Source: Cenarchaeum sp.
GTDB taxonomy: Archaea > Thermoproteota > Nitrososphaeria > Nitrososphaerales > Nitrosopumilaceae
Length of the DNA: 64,000 nt
Assembly (NCBI GenBank): GCA_965212015.1
Contig: OZ243037.1
Coordinates: 832,001 to 896,000 of the forward strand
Reading direction: 5' to 3'
Part shown: positions 52,477 to 62,320 of the stretch, in pieces
Numbering within the stretch: position 1 is the stretch's first letter
How the letters are laid out: each line of letters opens with the position of its first letter
The notes under the pieces: model-generated
Database searches by the model: none
The model's input: the letters and a program-made list of their open reading frames with translations, nothing else
What the model was told of the DNA's origin: nothing
Translations under genes and position numbers: made by a program

Positions 52477-53748
52477 TCAGATCTCTAGTATTCCCTGCGA
52501 CACCAGATACTGCAGTGCCTTGATATAGTCAGAGTCAGATATCTGCCCGGCGGCCCACCACTCTGCATTCTTTTTTATCCATTCGGGAATCACATACTCC
52601 TCTGGCCGGTCCTGCGGCGCCTGATCCCCGTATCCGTCCCAGATTATATTCCCGTCATAGCTTATCTGCGAGAGGCCGCGCAGGCCGACGTCTGCCACGC
52701 CTTCAGAGATTGGCACGTATAACAGCGAGGCCGAATATTCCTGCCCGTCAGTTATCATCCAGTGCATCAGGTGTATTAACGCCTGCGCCTTTTGGAGTGA
52801 GTCGACTATCTGCGTCAAGTCGTCATACACCAAAAGATACGTAAAGCTGGATATCGGGTACGAGTCCTCGCCGGGGGCATTTACCAGCGTGACTGCACTC
52901 CAGTCGTCGCCGGCTGCCGGCAAGTTTCCTGCAAGGCCTTCGGATGCTGCGCGTATGGAGTCAAGTGTCGGCTCTATGAACGTGCCGTGCGCGTTTTGAA
53001 TGTACGCAAAGGACATTTTGGTCTGAAACGCGTACGCCAGCTCTACGTATCCCAGCGTGTACGGCGTGTTGCGCACTATACCTGCCACGCCCTCGTTTCC
53101 CGCCGATCCCACAAGCGTGGCCGCACCGTCAGGAATGCCGCTCCAGGGCACGTTCTTTCCCTTTCCCACATGTTTGTCAAATTCCGGGCTGATTGCAACG
53201 AGATAGTCGGTAAAGACAAATGTGGTGCCAGAGCCGTCTGAGCGGTGCACCGCTATAATGTCTTCGTCAGGCAGTCCTGCGCCCTCGTTGATCTCTAGTA
53301 TCCGGGGATCGTTCCATTTTGTAATCTTGCCAAGGTAAATGTCCGCTATGATGGGGCCCGTAAGGTGCAGGCCCTTTTGGGGGTATTCTGGAATGTTATA
53401 TGCCGCCACCACGCCGCCAATTGACTCTGGAATGTGAATCGTGCCGGGGGCAAGTGCAAGCTCGGACTGCTTCATCGGGGCGTCAGAGGCCGCAAAGTCT
53501 ACCGTTCCCTCGATGTGCTGTGTAATCCCCCCTCCGCTTCCGACTGACTGGTAGTTGAGGCGAATGTCAGAGTACTGCTTGCCGTATTCCACCCTCCACA
53601 AATCTATGAGCGGGTACGGAAATGTGGCGCCTGCCCCGTTAATGGTATAGTCAATCTCCGGCAGTATGGGCGCCGATTCCGCCGCTGCGTACGCAGGCAC
53701 CATTACCAGAATGACTGACAGTAAAACGCACGCTCGTCCTGCCTTCAT
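52477..53748 (-). CDS. pstS: Phosphate ABC transporter substrate-binding protein
   Basis: GAGATFPYP, YQSVGSGGG, DFAASD, HRSDGSGTT, GYVELAY, YPISSFTY; extra C-terminal IPEWIK module. Confidence 0.96.
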   Translation of the reverse strand: MKAGRACVLLSVILVMVPAYAAAESAPILPEIDYTINGAGATFPYPLIDLWRVEYGKQYSDIRLNYQSVGSGGGITQHIEGTVDFAASDAPMKQSELALAPGTIHIPESIGGVVAAYNIPEYPQKGLHLTGPIIADIYLGKITKWNDPRILEINEGAGLPDEDIIAVHRSDGSGTTFVFTDYLVAISPEFDKHVGKGKNVPWSGIPDGAATLVGSAGNEGVAGIVRNTPYTLGYVELAYAFQTKMSFAYIQNAHGTFIEPTLDSIRAASEGLAGNLPAAGDDWSAVTLVNAPGEDSYPISSFTYLLVYDDLTQIVDSLQKAQALIHLMHWMITDGQEYSASLLYVPISEGVADVGLRGLSQISYDGNIIWDGYGDQAPQDRPEEYVIPEWIKKNAEWWAAGQISDSDYIKALQYLVSQGILEI

Positions 53749-53829
53749 GGTGTGGATGTGGGATGTTCCGTATTTACGAATTCCAGTCATAGACTACGTG
53801 TGAATAACGTATTACCGTATTCTATATAG

Positions 53830-56800
53830 TTAGGACTCGCACTTTACCTGCACGTCGCCTGTTCCGGCATGACATGTGTCATAATCGTCGCCGCCGTCGA
53901 TTACGTCGGTGCCCGAGCCGCCAGAGATGGAGTCGTTGCCGGAATTTCCCTTTAGTATGTCGTTGCCACCGCCCCCGCGTATGCCGTCATCGCCCTGCTG
54001 GCCGAATATAATGTCGTCGCCCTCGCCCCCGAATATGCAGTCGTTTCCGCCGTGGCCAGACACCGTGTCATCGCCGCCCAGGGCAAATACCAGGTCGGGC
54101 AGCGGCGTGCCCGTTATGACGTCGTCTGCCGGGCTTGACTGTATGGTGTTATAGTATTCTATGGGCCTGCCGCAGGCCTGCACGTCAATGTTCTGGGTGT
54201 GCGATATCGTGTTTCCAAGCACGTCCGTGCCAGTCCAGGTTATTACGGTCAGGCCGAGCGGGAATAGTTCCGGTGCATCGTGCGTGACTGTCGGATTCGG
54301 GTCAGTCAGGTCAGTCACAGTCGCATTGCCAATGTCCACTGCGGTATCCAGGGATGTGGCATCAATTATTATGTCGTGCGGAATTGCAAGCTCTGGCGGC
54401 GCAGTGTCAATTACGGACACTGTCTGTGTAATACTAGCCGCGTTTCCGTCCTGGTCTGTGGCAGTCCATATTACGGTGGTGTTGCCAAGCGGGAATAGTT
54501 CCGGTGCGTCATTATACAGGGACTCTATTCCTATAATGTCTGCGGCATCAGCCGTTCCTATATCTATCTGGTTTGCCCCAAGTGTGGTGGCCTGTACGGT
54601 TATGTCAGCCGGCGGCGTAATCTCTGGCGGCGTGGTGTCAATTACCGTTACCATCTGGGTTGCAGCCGCGCTGTTCTGGCCGTCAGTTGCGTTCCACGTC
54701 ACAACGGTGAGGCCGTACGGAAATGCCGCCGGGGCGTCATTGGATACTGACAGCACGCCCACAATGTCATCAGCTACAGCCACTCCAATGTCGGCAGTAT
54801 TCCCCGATACGGATGACGCCTCCAGTATGAGGTCCGGCGGGGCCTCAATTACGGGCGGGGTTGTATCAGTAATGGTTACAGTCTGCCTTGCAGTCGCGGT
54901 GTTTTGCGACGCATCCTCCACACTCCACGTTACCGTGGTCTGTCCGGGCATGAACAGCTCTGGTGCGTCATTTGTTATTGTCATTGAATAAATGTCATTT
55001 GCAATCGGCTCTAATAGCTGGATTGCATTGCCGTCCGGTATGGCCTCCTGCCTGACGTTTGCAGGCGCCGTAACCGTGGGCGGCGTCGTGTCAGTAATGG
55101 TTACAGTCTGCTCTGCACTGGCGGAATTTCCAGCAGAGTCAAGCGCAGTCCAGGTTATTACGGTGCTGCCAAGCTGGAATGATTCTGGTGCGTCGCTTGT
55201 AACGGACTCGACGCCCACAATGTCCGAGGCTGCTGCATCTTTTAGCGGTATGGCGTTGTCTAGCGATATTGACTCCAGTGTAATGTCTGCCGGCGGCGCA
55301 ATCTCTGGCGGTACTGTATCAGTTATGGTTATTGTCTGCACCGCCTGTGCGGTGTTTCCTGCGGCATCACCCGCAGTCCAGGTTATTACGGTCCGGCCCG
55401 GAGGGAACGATTCGGGTGCGTCGTTTTGAATGTATTTTATTCCCACAGCGTCCTCGGCGGCAGCAAAGCCCGCATCAATTATCGATAGCGGGCCTGTCGC
55501 CTCGTGTGTAATGTCAGATGGTGGGACAATTACAGGCGGAATTGTATCAGTTACGATTATTTCCTGTACGGCAGTGGCGGCATTGCCGTGCGAGTCCGTT
55601 CCGGTCCACGTCACCATTGTGCTGCCAATCGGAAACATGTCCGGGGCGTCATTTGTTATAATGGATGCGCCCGCACCGTCAGTCGCAGTCGCATCGCCAA
55701 TTAATGGTGTAGCGCCGTCCGGGCCGGCAGCTTCTGCCGTAACGTTTTGCGGCGCCGTGATTTGTGGCGGCGTCGTGTCAGTAATCAGCACTGTCTGCAC
55801 GTCGGATGCGGAATTGCCCGACGTGTCAGTGGCGCTCCACGTAACGGTGGTAGCCCCGATCATGTATGATGCCGGCGCGTCGCTGGTAACTGTTACTACG
55901 CCTATTGCGTCGCTTGCCTCAGGCACTCCAAGCTCCACAAGGTTTTCTGCACCGATTGCCTCCGATATTACGTCGGCAGGCGCAGTAATTGCCGGCGGCG
56001 TGGTGTCTATCACCGTTACGGTCTGTATGACGCTTGCCGCGTTTGCATAGTCATCCAGTATGGTCCAGGTTACTATAGTGTCCCCAAGCGGGAATGATTC
56101 CGGCGCGTCGCTTGTTATCTGTGCAATTCCCGTAGCGTCGCTTGCCGTAATGTTGCCCAGGTTTACCGCATTATCCGGGCCTTTTGCCTCTGCCACCACA
56201 TTTTTTATCTGCGCGACAGGCGGCGTCGTGTCCACTATGGATACAATCTGTATTGCGCGGGCTGCATTGCCGCCGGCATCAGTGGCAGTCCAGGTCACCA
56301 TGGTGTCGCCCAGAAGGAACGACGCAGGCGCGTCGCTTGTAATGGATACGGCCTGAATGTCTGCCACATCTGGCAGTCCGGTGTCTAAAACGTTGGAATC
56401 GGCAGATACGGCCTCAGATGTTATATCGTCGGGCGCAGTAATCTGTGGCGGCGTGGTGTCCTGTATGGTTACCAGCTGCTTCGCAGTGGCGGTGTTTCCC
56501 GCAGAGTCTGCCGCAGTCCACGTGACTGTCGTGTTTCCCAGCCCGAATGTGGGCGGCGCATTGCTAGTCACCGAGGTTATCAGGCCGCTGTCAGTCACGC
56601 GCGGCTTGCCCAGCTCTATTGTATTCTCGGGTGACTCTGCCTCGTACAGTATGTCCTGCGGGGCCGTAATGCGCGGCACGGTTGTATCCGTTATATCCAC
56701 CCTCTGCACCGCAAAGGCGGTATTGCCGGCAATGTCAGTAATGGTCCACGTTACGGCAGTCCTGCCAATCGGGAATGATTCGGGCGCATCATTACTAATG

Positions 56801-58188
56801 GATGCTATTCCCACTATATCGGTGGCATTGGGCCGGATTAGCTCTATTGTGTTATGCTCCGGATGTACTGCCTCCATTGTTATGTCGACAATCTCTGACA
56901 CCTCCGGGCTTGTTGAATCTATAACGGTTACAATCTGCTGTGCGACTGCCAGGTTTCCTGCGCCGTCAATGGCAGTCCAGATTACGGTATTTTCCCCCAG
57001 TGAAAACTCTGCCGGCGCATTATGTACAAGCGACTTTATGCCGCTCTCATCTCTGGCAGTTGCCTGGCCCACTATTAGCGCGGTGAGCGGTCCTGTCGCC
57101 TCTATTGTCAGGTCGTTTGGCGGGATAATCTCGGGCTTTGTCAGATCGCCTGCAACCGGCTGTATTGCTTTTGGTGCGGGCTGTTTCGTTTCCTGCGATT
57201 CTAGTTGTGCGGGTATTTGCCGTACTGTTTCTTGCACCGGCGTTTTGCCTGCAACGGGCGTGGAGAATTTCTGTATGCGGTCCACGTTGGAATCTACCAC
57301 GTACAGGTCGCCATTCCCGTCAAGCGCAAGGTCAGTCGGCACCTGGAACTCGCCGGATCTTATCCCGCCGTTGCCCCAGATTGCAAGCGACGTTCCCTGC
57401 GAATCAAGCCTCAGTATGCGGTTGTGCGCCGTGTCTGCCACGTACAGGTTGCCCTCGGGATCCGCGTGCAGCCCGCCGGCGGCGACTGCTATTCCGCCGA
57501 CGCTTGAATCGATGACCTTTAGCAGGTTGCCGTCAGAATCGAATTTTTTTATGTTGCTGTTTTCAGTGTCGCTGACTAGCACGTTAGAGTCTGCGTCTAT
57601 GGTGATTCCCGCAGGCGATCGGAATCCGTCCCTGCCGTACTCTCCTGCACCAAACTCTGCAAGATGCTCGCCTTCTGTGGTAAACTTTTGGACGCGGTCG
57701 TTTCCGGCATCCACCACATACACGTCCCCGTTGCTATTCACCGCGACGCCCTCTGGCGACATGAACTCCCCGGGACTGCGCCCGCTTGTCCCCCATTGTG
57801 AGATGTAATTGCCATACTCGTCAAACGTCTGTATCCTGTTTAGTGCGGAATCTGCCACGTGTATGGTATGGTTTGCCCCCGTTGCGATTCCGGACGGGGA
57901 ATGGAACTGCCCGTTGTCCGAGCCGTATGCCCCCCATCCCCCAATCAGCGTGCCGTTGCCGTCGAACTTTTGTACGCGCGCATTTCCCGCGTCAGTCACG
58001 TATATGGAGCCGTCCGGATCTATTGCAATGTTTTTCGGGCCGGCAAACTCGCCGGGCTCTATTCCGTGATCGCCCCACTGTAAGATAAAGGGGTGGCTGA
58101 CGCTGCCATACGCGAGGCCCGGGGCTGCCAGTACTAATAATACCATAAATGGTGTAATTCTCAATGCCAATACGTCCAGATATGGCAA
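53830..58188 (-). CDS. Large secreted NHL-repeat / HYR-repeat / RTX Ca-binding protein
   Basis: Signal peptide; about 6 NHL blades (YV.D.GN.RVQKF); about 13 HYR-like units (DTTPP...F.LG.T.VTWTA.D..GN); GGxGxD nonapeptides. Confidence 0.93.
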   Translation of the reverse strand: MPYLDVLALRITPFMVLLVLAAPGLAYGSVSHPFILQWGDHGIEPGEFAGPKNIAIDPDGSIYVTDAGNARVQKFDGNGTLIGGWGAYGSDNGQFHSPSGIATGANHTIHVADSALNRIQTFDEYGNYISQWGTSGRSPGEFMSPEGVAVNSNGDVYVVDAGNDRVQKFTTEGEHLAEFGAGEYGRDGFRSPAGITIDADSNVLVSDTENSNIKKFDSDGNLLKVIDSSVGGIAVAAGGLHADPEGNLYVADTAHNRILRLDSQGTSLAIWGNGGIRSGEFQVPTDLALDGNGDLYVVDSNVDRIQKFSTPVAGKTPVQETVRQIPAQLESQETKQPAPKAIQPVAGDLTKPEIIPPNDLTIEATGPLTALIVGQATARDESGIKSLVHNAPAEFSLGENTVIWTAIDGAGNLAVAQQIVTVIDSTSPEVSEIVDITMEAVHPEHNTIELIRPNATDIVGIASISNDAPESFPIGRTAVTWTITDIAGNTAFAVQRVDITDTTVPRITAPQDILYEAESPENTIELGKPRVTDSGLITSVTSNAPPTFGLGNTTVTWTAADSAGNTATAKQLVTIQDTTPPQITAPDDITSEAVSADSNVLDTGLPDVADIQAVSITSDAPASFLLGDTMVTWTATDAGGNAARAIQIVSIVDTTPPVAQIKNVVAEAKGPDNAVNLGNITASDATGIAQITSDAPESFPLGDTIVTWTILDDYANAASVIQTVTVIDTTPPAITAPADVISEAIGAENLVELGVPEASDAIGVVTVTSDAPASYMIGATTVTWSATDTSGNSASDVQTVLITDTTPPQITAPQNVTAEAAGPDGATPLIGDATATDGAGASIITNDAPDMFPIGSTMVTWTGTDSHGNAATAVQEIIVTDTIPPVIVPPSDITHEATGPLSIIDAGFAAAEDAVGIKYIQNDAPESFPPGRTVITWTAGDAAGNTAQAVQTITITDTVPPEIAPPADITLESISLDNAIPLKDAAASDIVGVESVTSDAPESFQLGSTVITWTALDSAGNSASAEQTVTITDTTPPTVTAPANVRQEAIPDGNAIQLLEPIANDIYSMTITNDAPELFMPGQTTVTWSVEDASQNTATARQTVTITDTTPPVIEAPPDLILEASSVSGNTADIGVAVADDIVGVLSVSNDAPAAFPYGLTVVTWNATDGQNSAAATQMVTVIDTTPPEITPPADITVQATTLGANQIDIGTADAADIIGIESLYNDAPELFPLGNTTVIWTATDQDGNAASITQTVSVIDTAPPELAIPHDIIIDATSLDTAVDIGNATVTDLTDPNPTVTHDAPELFPLGLTVITWTGTDVLGNTISHTQNIDVQACGRPIEYYNTIQSSPADDVITGTPLPDLVFALGGDDTVSGHGGNDCIFGGEGDDIIFGQQGDDGIRGGGGNDILKGNSGNDSISGGSGTDVIDGGDDYDTCHAGTGDVQVKCES

Positions 58189-58236
58189 AAAGATCTCCCG
58201 TGTGAGTAATTTTTGCAGTTTTTGTCAATTTTTGGA

Positions 58237-59013
58237 TCAGAACGGCTTGTTTACCTCGCGCGTAAAGACGTAACTGGCAATTCCCACCATACACACGACA
58301 AATACGGCAATTATCCCTATGCTCAGTACGGCAGAGACCCCCTCTGTCACCCCCGTCATGAGCTCGCGGACCAGCAATACTGCGTATGTGACAGGATTGA
58401 GCTGTGCGGCAAAGGCAAGCCAGTCGGGGAGCAGCTCGAGCGGAAAGAGGGCCGGACTAAGCATGAACAGCGGCATGCCCAGAAAGTTTATCATGGCCCA
58501 GAATGTCTCTTGTGACTTTGTGACTGCGGCCACGGTGACTGAGATTCCCGAAAAGCCCAGCGAGAATAGCACCACTATCACCATGATGGGGGCGATTGCG
58601 AAAATGTCGGGAAACCTCACCCCTATTGCAAGGGCGATTCCTATTATGAGGCTGGCCTGGAGCGCCGCAATCATTGATATTGCAAGCATTTTTCCCAGTG
58701 CGATAGACGAGCGCGAGACAGGCGAGGTGAGCGCCTTGTTCATGAATCCGTAGCGCCTGTCCCATAGGGTGTTGACGCCGCCAAATATGCTCGTAAATAT
58801 GGCAGTCAGCACTATGATTCCCGGCGTCATAAACTCGATGTACTGGCCCTCAAAGCCCACCGACTGTATCAGGGACTGCGTTCCCGCAAAGGTGTTTCCC
58901 ACCACTATAATCCAGATTGCCGGCTGTATGAGCCGTATGAGCACGCCGCTGCGCGACTTTTTGTAGCGCTTCATCTCGCGCCAGAATATCGTGTACGTGT
59001 CGGAGAGTATCAT
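58237..59013 (-). CDS. ABC-2 type exporter permease
   Basis: Six TM helices; PGI, DRRYGF, NPVTYAV. Confidence 0.93.
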   Translation of the reverse strand: MILSDTYTIFWREMKRYKKSRSGVLIRLIQPAIWIIVVGNTFAGTQSLIQSVGFEGQYIEFMTPGIIVLTAIFTSIFGGVNTLWDRRYGFMNKALTSPVSRSSIALGKMLAISMIAALQASLIIGIALAIGVRFPDIFAIAPIMVIVVLFSLGFSGISVTVAAVTKSQETFWAMINFLGMPLFMLSPALFPLELLPDWLAFAAQLNPVTYAVLLVRELMTGVTEGVSAVLSIGIIAVFVVCMVGIASYVFTREVNKPF

Positions 59014-59993
59014 GCCCCCATCCTCTTTATCCTTGCGTGCTCTTTTTTGCGGTCGTATCTTCCCGACTCGCGGAGGTTGCGGCCCGTATACGATATGAAT
59101 ACGTCATCCAGGGTAGGCTGCGTCATGGAGATGGAGCGTATGGTGACGTGTGATCGTGCCGCCAGCTCGAATATCTTTGGGATTGCGACTGTGGCCTTTG
59201 AGGCAAAGACGGTGATTGTTCCGTCCTGCTCTATTATATCTGTCACCTGCGGAAGGTCTCTTATTTTTGATCCAAGGTTTGTATCGTCTGTTGTGATGTT
59301 TATCGCCTCGCGCCCCAGGGCGGCCTTCATGTTTTGCGGCGTGTCCATTACCTGTATTTTGCCGTGATCAATGATTCCCACCTTACCGCACAGCTTGTCT
59401 GCCTCCTCCATATAGTGGGTGGATACGAATATGGACGTGCCGAATTCCTTGTTTATCTTTTTGATATACTCCCAGATCTTTTGCCTGGTCTGTATGTCAA
59501 GTCCTACTGTCGGCTCGTCAAGGAACAATACCTTTGGCATGTGGAGCAGGCCGCCGGCAATGTCAAGCCGCTTTCGCATGCCGCCAGAATACGTCAGTAC
59601 GGCGTCGTGCTGCCTGTTTTTGAGCTCGATCAGGTCCAGTACGGCGTCTATTCTCCGGTCGATGGTATCATTCGGTATGTGGTTTAGCTTTGCAAGAAAG
59701 CGCAAATTTTCCCTTCCCGTCAGAAACTCGTCGACTGCCGTCTCTTGCTGTACGTACCCGATGTTCTGCCTTACCATGCCCGGATGGGTACGGACGTCGT
59801 ACCCGCAGACTAGCGCCTGCCCGGAGGTGGGCTTTAGCAGGGTGGTGAGTATCATCATTGTGGTGCTCTTGCCTGCGCCGTTGGGGCCCAAAAACCCGAA
59901 TATCTCGCCCTGTTCTACTCCAAAGGATACGTCGTCTATGGCCGTATTGTCGCCGAATTTTTTTGTGAGCGATTTGGTCTGTATGGAATACAA
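59010..59993 (-). CDS. ABC exporter ATP-binding protein (DrrA-like)
   Basis: GPNGAGKST, YSGGM, LDEPT, THYMEEA, PTLDDVF. Confidence 0.95.
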   Translation of the reverse strand: MYSIQTKSLTKKFGDNTAIDDVSFGVEQGEIFGFLGPNGAGKSTTMMILTTLLKPTSGQALVCGYDVRTHPGMVRQNIGYVQQETAVDEFLTGRENLRFLAKLNHIPNDTIDRRIDAVLDLIELKNRQHDAVLTYSGGMRKRLDIAGGLLHMPKVLFLDEPTVGLDIQTRQKIWEYIKKINKEFGTSIFVSTHYMEEADKLCGKVGIIDHGKIQVMDTPQNMKAALGREAINITTDDTNLGSKIRDLPQVTDIIEQDGTITVFASKATVAIPKIFELAARSHVTIRSISMTQPTLDDVFISYTGRNLRESGRYDRKKEHARIKRMGA

Positions 59994-60031
59994 TGCGGAT
60001 TTGTATGATTTGGAATTATAAATTGCTAACA

Positions 60032-60439
60032 CTAGCGCTTTGGCCACATGAGGTTCCAGGTCTCGGCGAATTTACCCATCATATCGCCGTACGACTTTAG
60101 CTGGTCCATTCCCGAGGATGTCAGCGACTTTTGCCAGTTTTCTGCAAACTGTTTGTAGGCGTCTGTGGTGGACTCGTTTATGGCCTTTTGCCAGCCGTCT
60201 CCGAACTGCTTGAATGCGTCCATGTCTGCCGTACTCATTGCCTTTTTCCAGTTGTCGCCGAACTGCTTCATGGTGTCAGATGACGACTCTTTTGCGGCCT
60301 TTTCTATCACCCGGTTAAAGTTTGCCTGCATTTCTGCGCCTGCCTTTTGGATGGACTCGAACATTTGCTTCCAGGTCTCAAAGGACTTTGTATAGTCGTC
60401 CCAGAGCTTTTGCCAGTCGTTTGGCGGCTGTTTGGACAT
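60032..60439 (-). CDS. Amphipathic helical repeat protein
   Basis: Three and a half 19-aa repeats D..KQF.(D/E).W.K. Confidence 0.8.
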   Translation of the reverse strand: MSKQPPNDWQKLWDDYTKSFETWKQMFESIQKAGAEMQANFNRVIEKAAKESSSDTMKQFGDNWKKAMSTADMDAFKQFGDGWQKAINESTTDAYKQFAENWQKSLTSSGMDQLKSYGDMMGKFAETWNLMWPKR

Positions 60440-60473
60440 GGGAATTGTCTGATGTTCTGACTCATAAATGATT

Positions 60474-60923
60474 CTATGGGCATACCTGTATCTCATCCAG
60501 ACTTGCCCTGTTTATGTGAAAAAACGTGGCCTTTTTTGCTGACATGTCAAATCGTCTCATAAGCTTTCCGATATACGACATGTGATATTTTATTCTGGTC
60601 TTTTTTGCAATGATCTTCCACATCTCATCGGAGGTAACATCTTGATTGTCGGGATGACTCACTACCTTTTCGAGTGATTTCATCGGGATTATCGGCGGTG
60701 CTCCGAATCTGGGACGGGTGGAAAGGCCTTCCAGGCAATCCTCGTCGCAGCGTGTTGTCCATTTTGCAACCCAGCTTGGCGCGCACATCATTTGAATTGC
60801 CGTCTGGCGCTAGGTTATGTTGCAAGATTTGCGCATGTGTACCACTATTATCCGTTCACGTATGTCCGGATCTTTTTCCATGTCTCGCGCATGTCTTAGC
60901 TCATCAATCTGTCGTTGTGTCAT
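60474..60923 (-). pseudogene. IS630-family transposase N-terminal (HTH) pseudogene
   Basis: MTQRQIDEL...EKDPDIRERI...* (TAG at 60810-60812)...SWVAKW..R..E..LEGL..RPR.G.PP...KYH..YI.KLMRR; no DDE domain follows. Confidence 0.8.
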
Positions 60924-61214
60924 GTGTGTGCTACGAATCGATGATCAATATAGTTTTCGGCCACACGCTTGTTTTAGATCTCGAACTTTGGATTGAGACT
61001 GTATGTTCTGAGTACTGATGACCTGCCTTCTGAGCTGGCTCAAATAGAGCCAGAACAGAGCAGAAAGGCTGCAAGAATTTCTAGGGATGATCTAATTGAT
61101 TACTATCGTAACCGGTTAGATCCCGTGCCTGTAGATCCAAATATCCCTCTTGAGCCTAACCTGTTACCTACTATCTATAGATATAGTAATATTAGGGTTA
61201 ATACAATAACTCTC

Positions 61215-61340
61215 ATGAATTCCATCAAGTGTAAATGTGGACATGATGTAAATCAACATGGTCCTTTTAATAATGGAAATCACATCAATGCTTGTAAGGA
61301 ATGTGATTGTTCAGGCTATAATCCTTCGGATCTACAATAA
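61215..61340 (+). CDS. 41-aa Cys/His zinc-binding microprotein
   Basis: KCKCGHDVNQH...CKECDCSGY. Confidence 0.6.
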   Translation: MNSIKCKCGHDVNQHGPFNNGNHINACKECDCSGYNPSDLQ

Positions 61341-61431
61341 AATAAGGATCTAATAAATATTTAGCCTTAACAAAAAATTTGCGACACATTCTCAAACCAA
61401 AATTTGAGATCAATGATTCAAATAGATTGAA

Positions 61432-61513
61432 AATTGATCATCATCATACAATATAGAATTGATCATCATCATACAATATAGAATTGATCATCATCATACA
61501 ATATAGAATTGAT
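61432..61513. repeat. 25-bp perfect tandem repeat, about 3.3 copies
   Basis: AATTGATCATCATCATACAATATAG at 61432, 61457 and 61482, partial at 61507; no spacers. Confidence 0.97.
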
Positions 61514-61627
61514 ATAACAATGAATAGAGTCAAAATATGATGTAAAACTTATCTTTAATCATAACTTAAAATTCACATTTTAGATCTAGACTGTAAAGTT
61601 TATCAAAATATATCAAATATTTTCAAT

Positions 61628-62320
61628 TCAATCTAATAGATAATGATTTTGTTGCAACCATGTTTTTCTTATCTCATAATCAGGCATTATTCTACCTAGC
61701 AGATTCCAAAATGATTGGTCATGGTTTGGAATTTTAAGATGACATAATTCATGTATGATGACATAATCGATGATTTTCCTTGGTGCACGGATTAGTTTCT
61801 GATTGATTGTAAGTGTATCTGACTTACTGATTCCTCCCCATTTTGTATTTAAGGGTTTTATTAAAATCTCAGATGGGAATAATTTAATTAATTTTGAATA
61901 TTTTTTGATCCATTTTTCAAATAATAAAGTAGCTTTTTGTTTTTCCCAATCTAGATATAATTTGCGTATGTTACTACTTGTTGTATTATCTAAACTAGCA
62001 TTAAATATTCCATTCTTTAATTCAAAATGATTAGATGATGATTTGATAATCTTGAGTGTATACCATTTTCCAAGATATGGAATTTTTGATTTATCAGCAT
62101 ATGTGATTTTAGATGTTGTATAATCTTGAATTTCAAGCTGTTTTTTGAAAATCCATCTTGAATGGCTTTGGATCTCATCATGTATGGTTTTTTGACTTTT
62201 TATATCAGATGCCAGTACTTTAACTCCCGATTTACCGACAAGAATCTCTGTTGTATTTCTTTTACGTAATATTATTCTGTAAGGAATTTTTGTCTTTCCA
62301 AAAATTATATAATTCATCAT
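61628..62320 (-). CDS. M48/YgjP (DUF45) metallohydrolase associated with type I R-M
   Basis: KWG, IDYVIIHELCH, NH...FW..L...MPDY. Confidence 0.92.
   Translation of the reverse strand: MMNYIIFGKTKIPYRIILRKRNTTEILVGKSGVKVLASDIKSQKTIHDEIQSHSRWIFKKQLEIQDYTTSKITYADKSKIPYLGKWYTLKIIKSSSNHFELKNGIFNASLDNTTSSNIRKLYLDWEKQKATLLFEKWIKKYSKLIKLFPSEILIKPLNTKWGGISKSDTLTINQKLIRAPRKIIDYVIIHELCHLKIPNHDQSFWNLLGRIMPDYEIRKTWLQQNHYLLD

Noticed and set aside
53909-57808. Long plus-strand ORFs opposite the HYR gene (likewise 7000-7968 and 9006-9791)
   Set aside because: Antisense shadows expected in GC-rich repetitive coding DNA
61432-61513. CRISPR array
   Set aside because: Repeats are contiguous with no spacers, and there are no cas genes in the window
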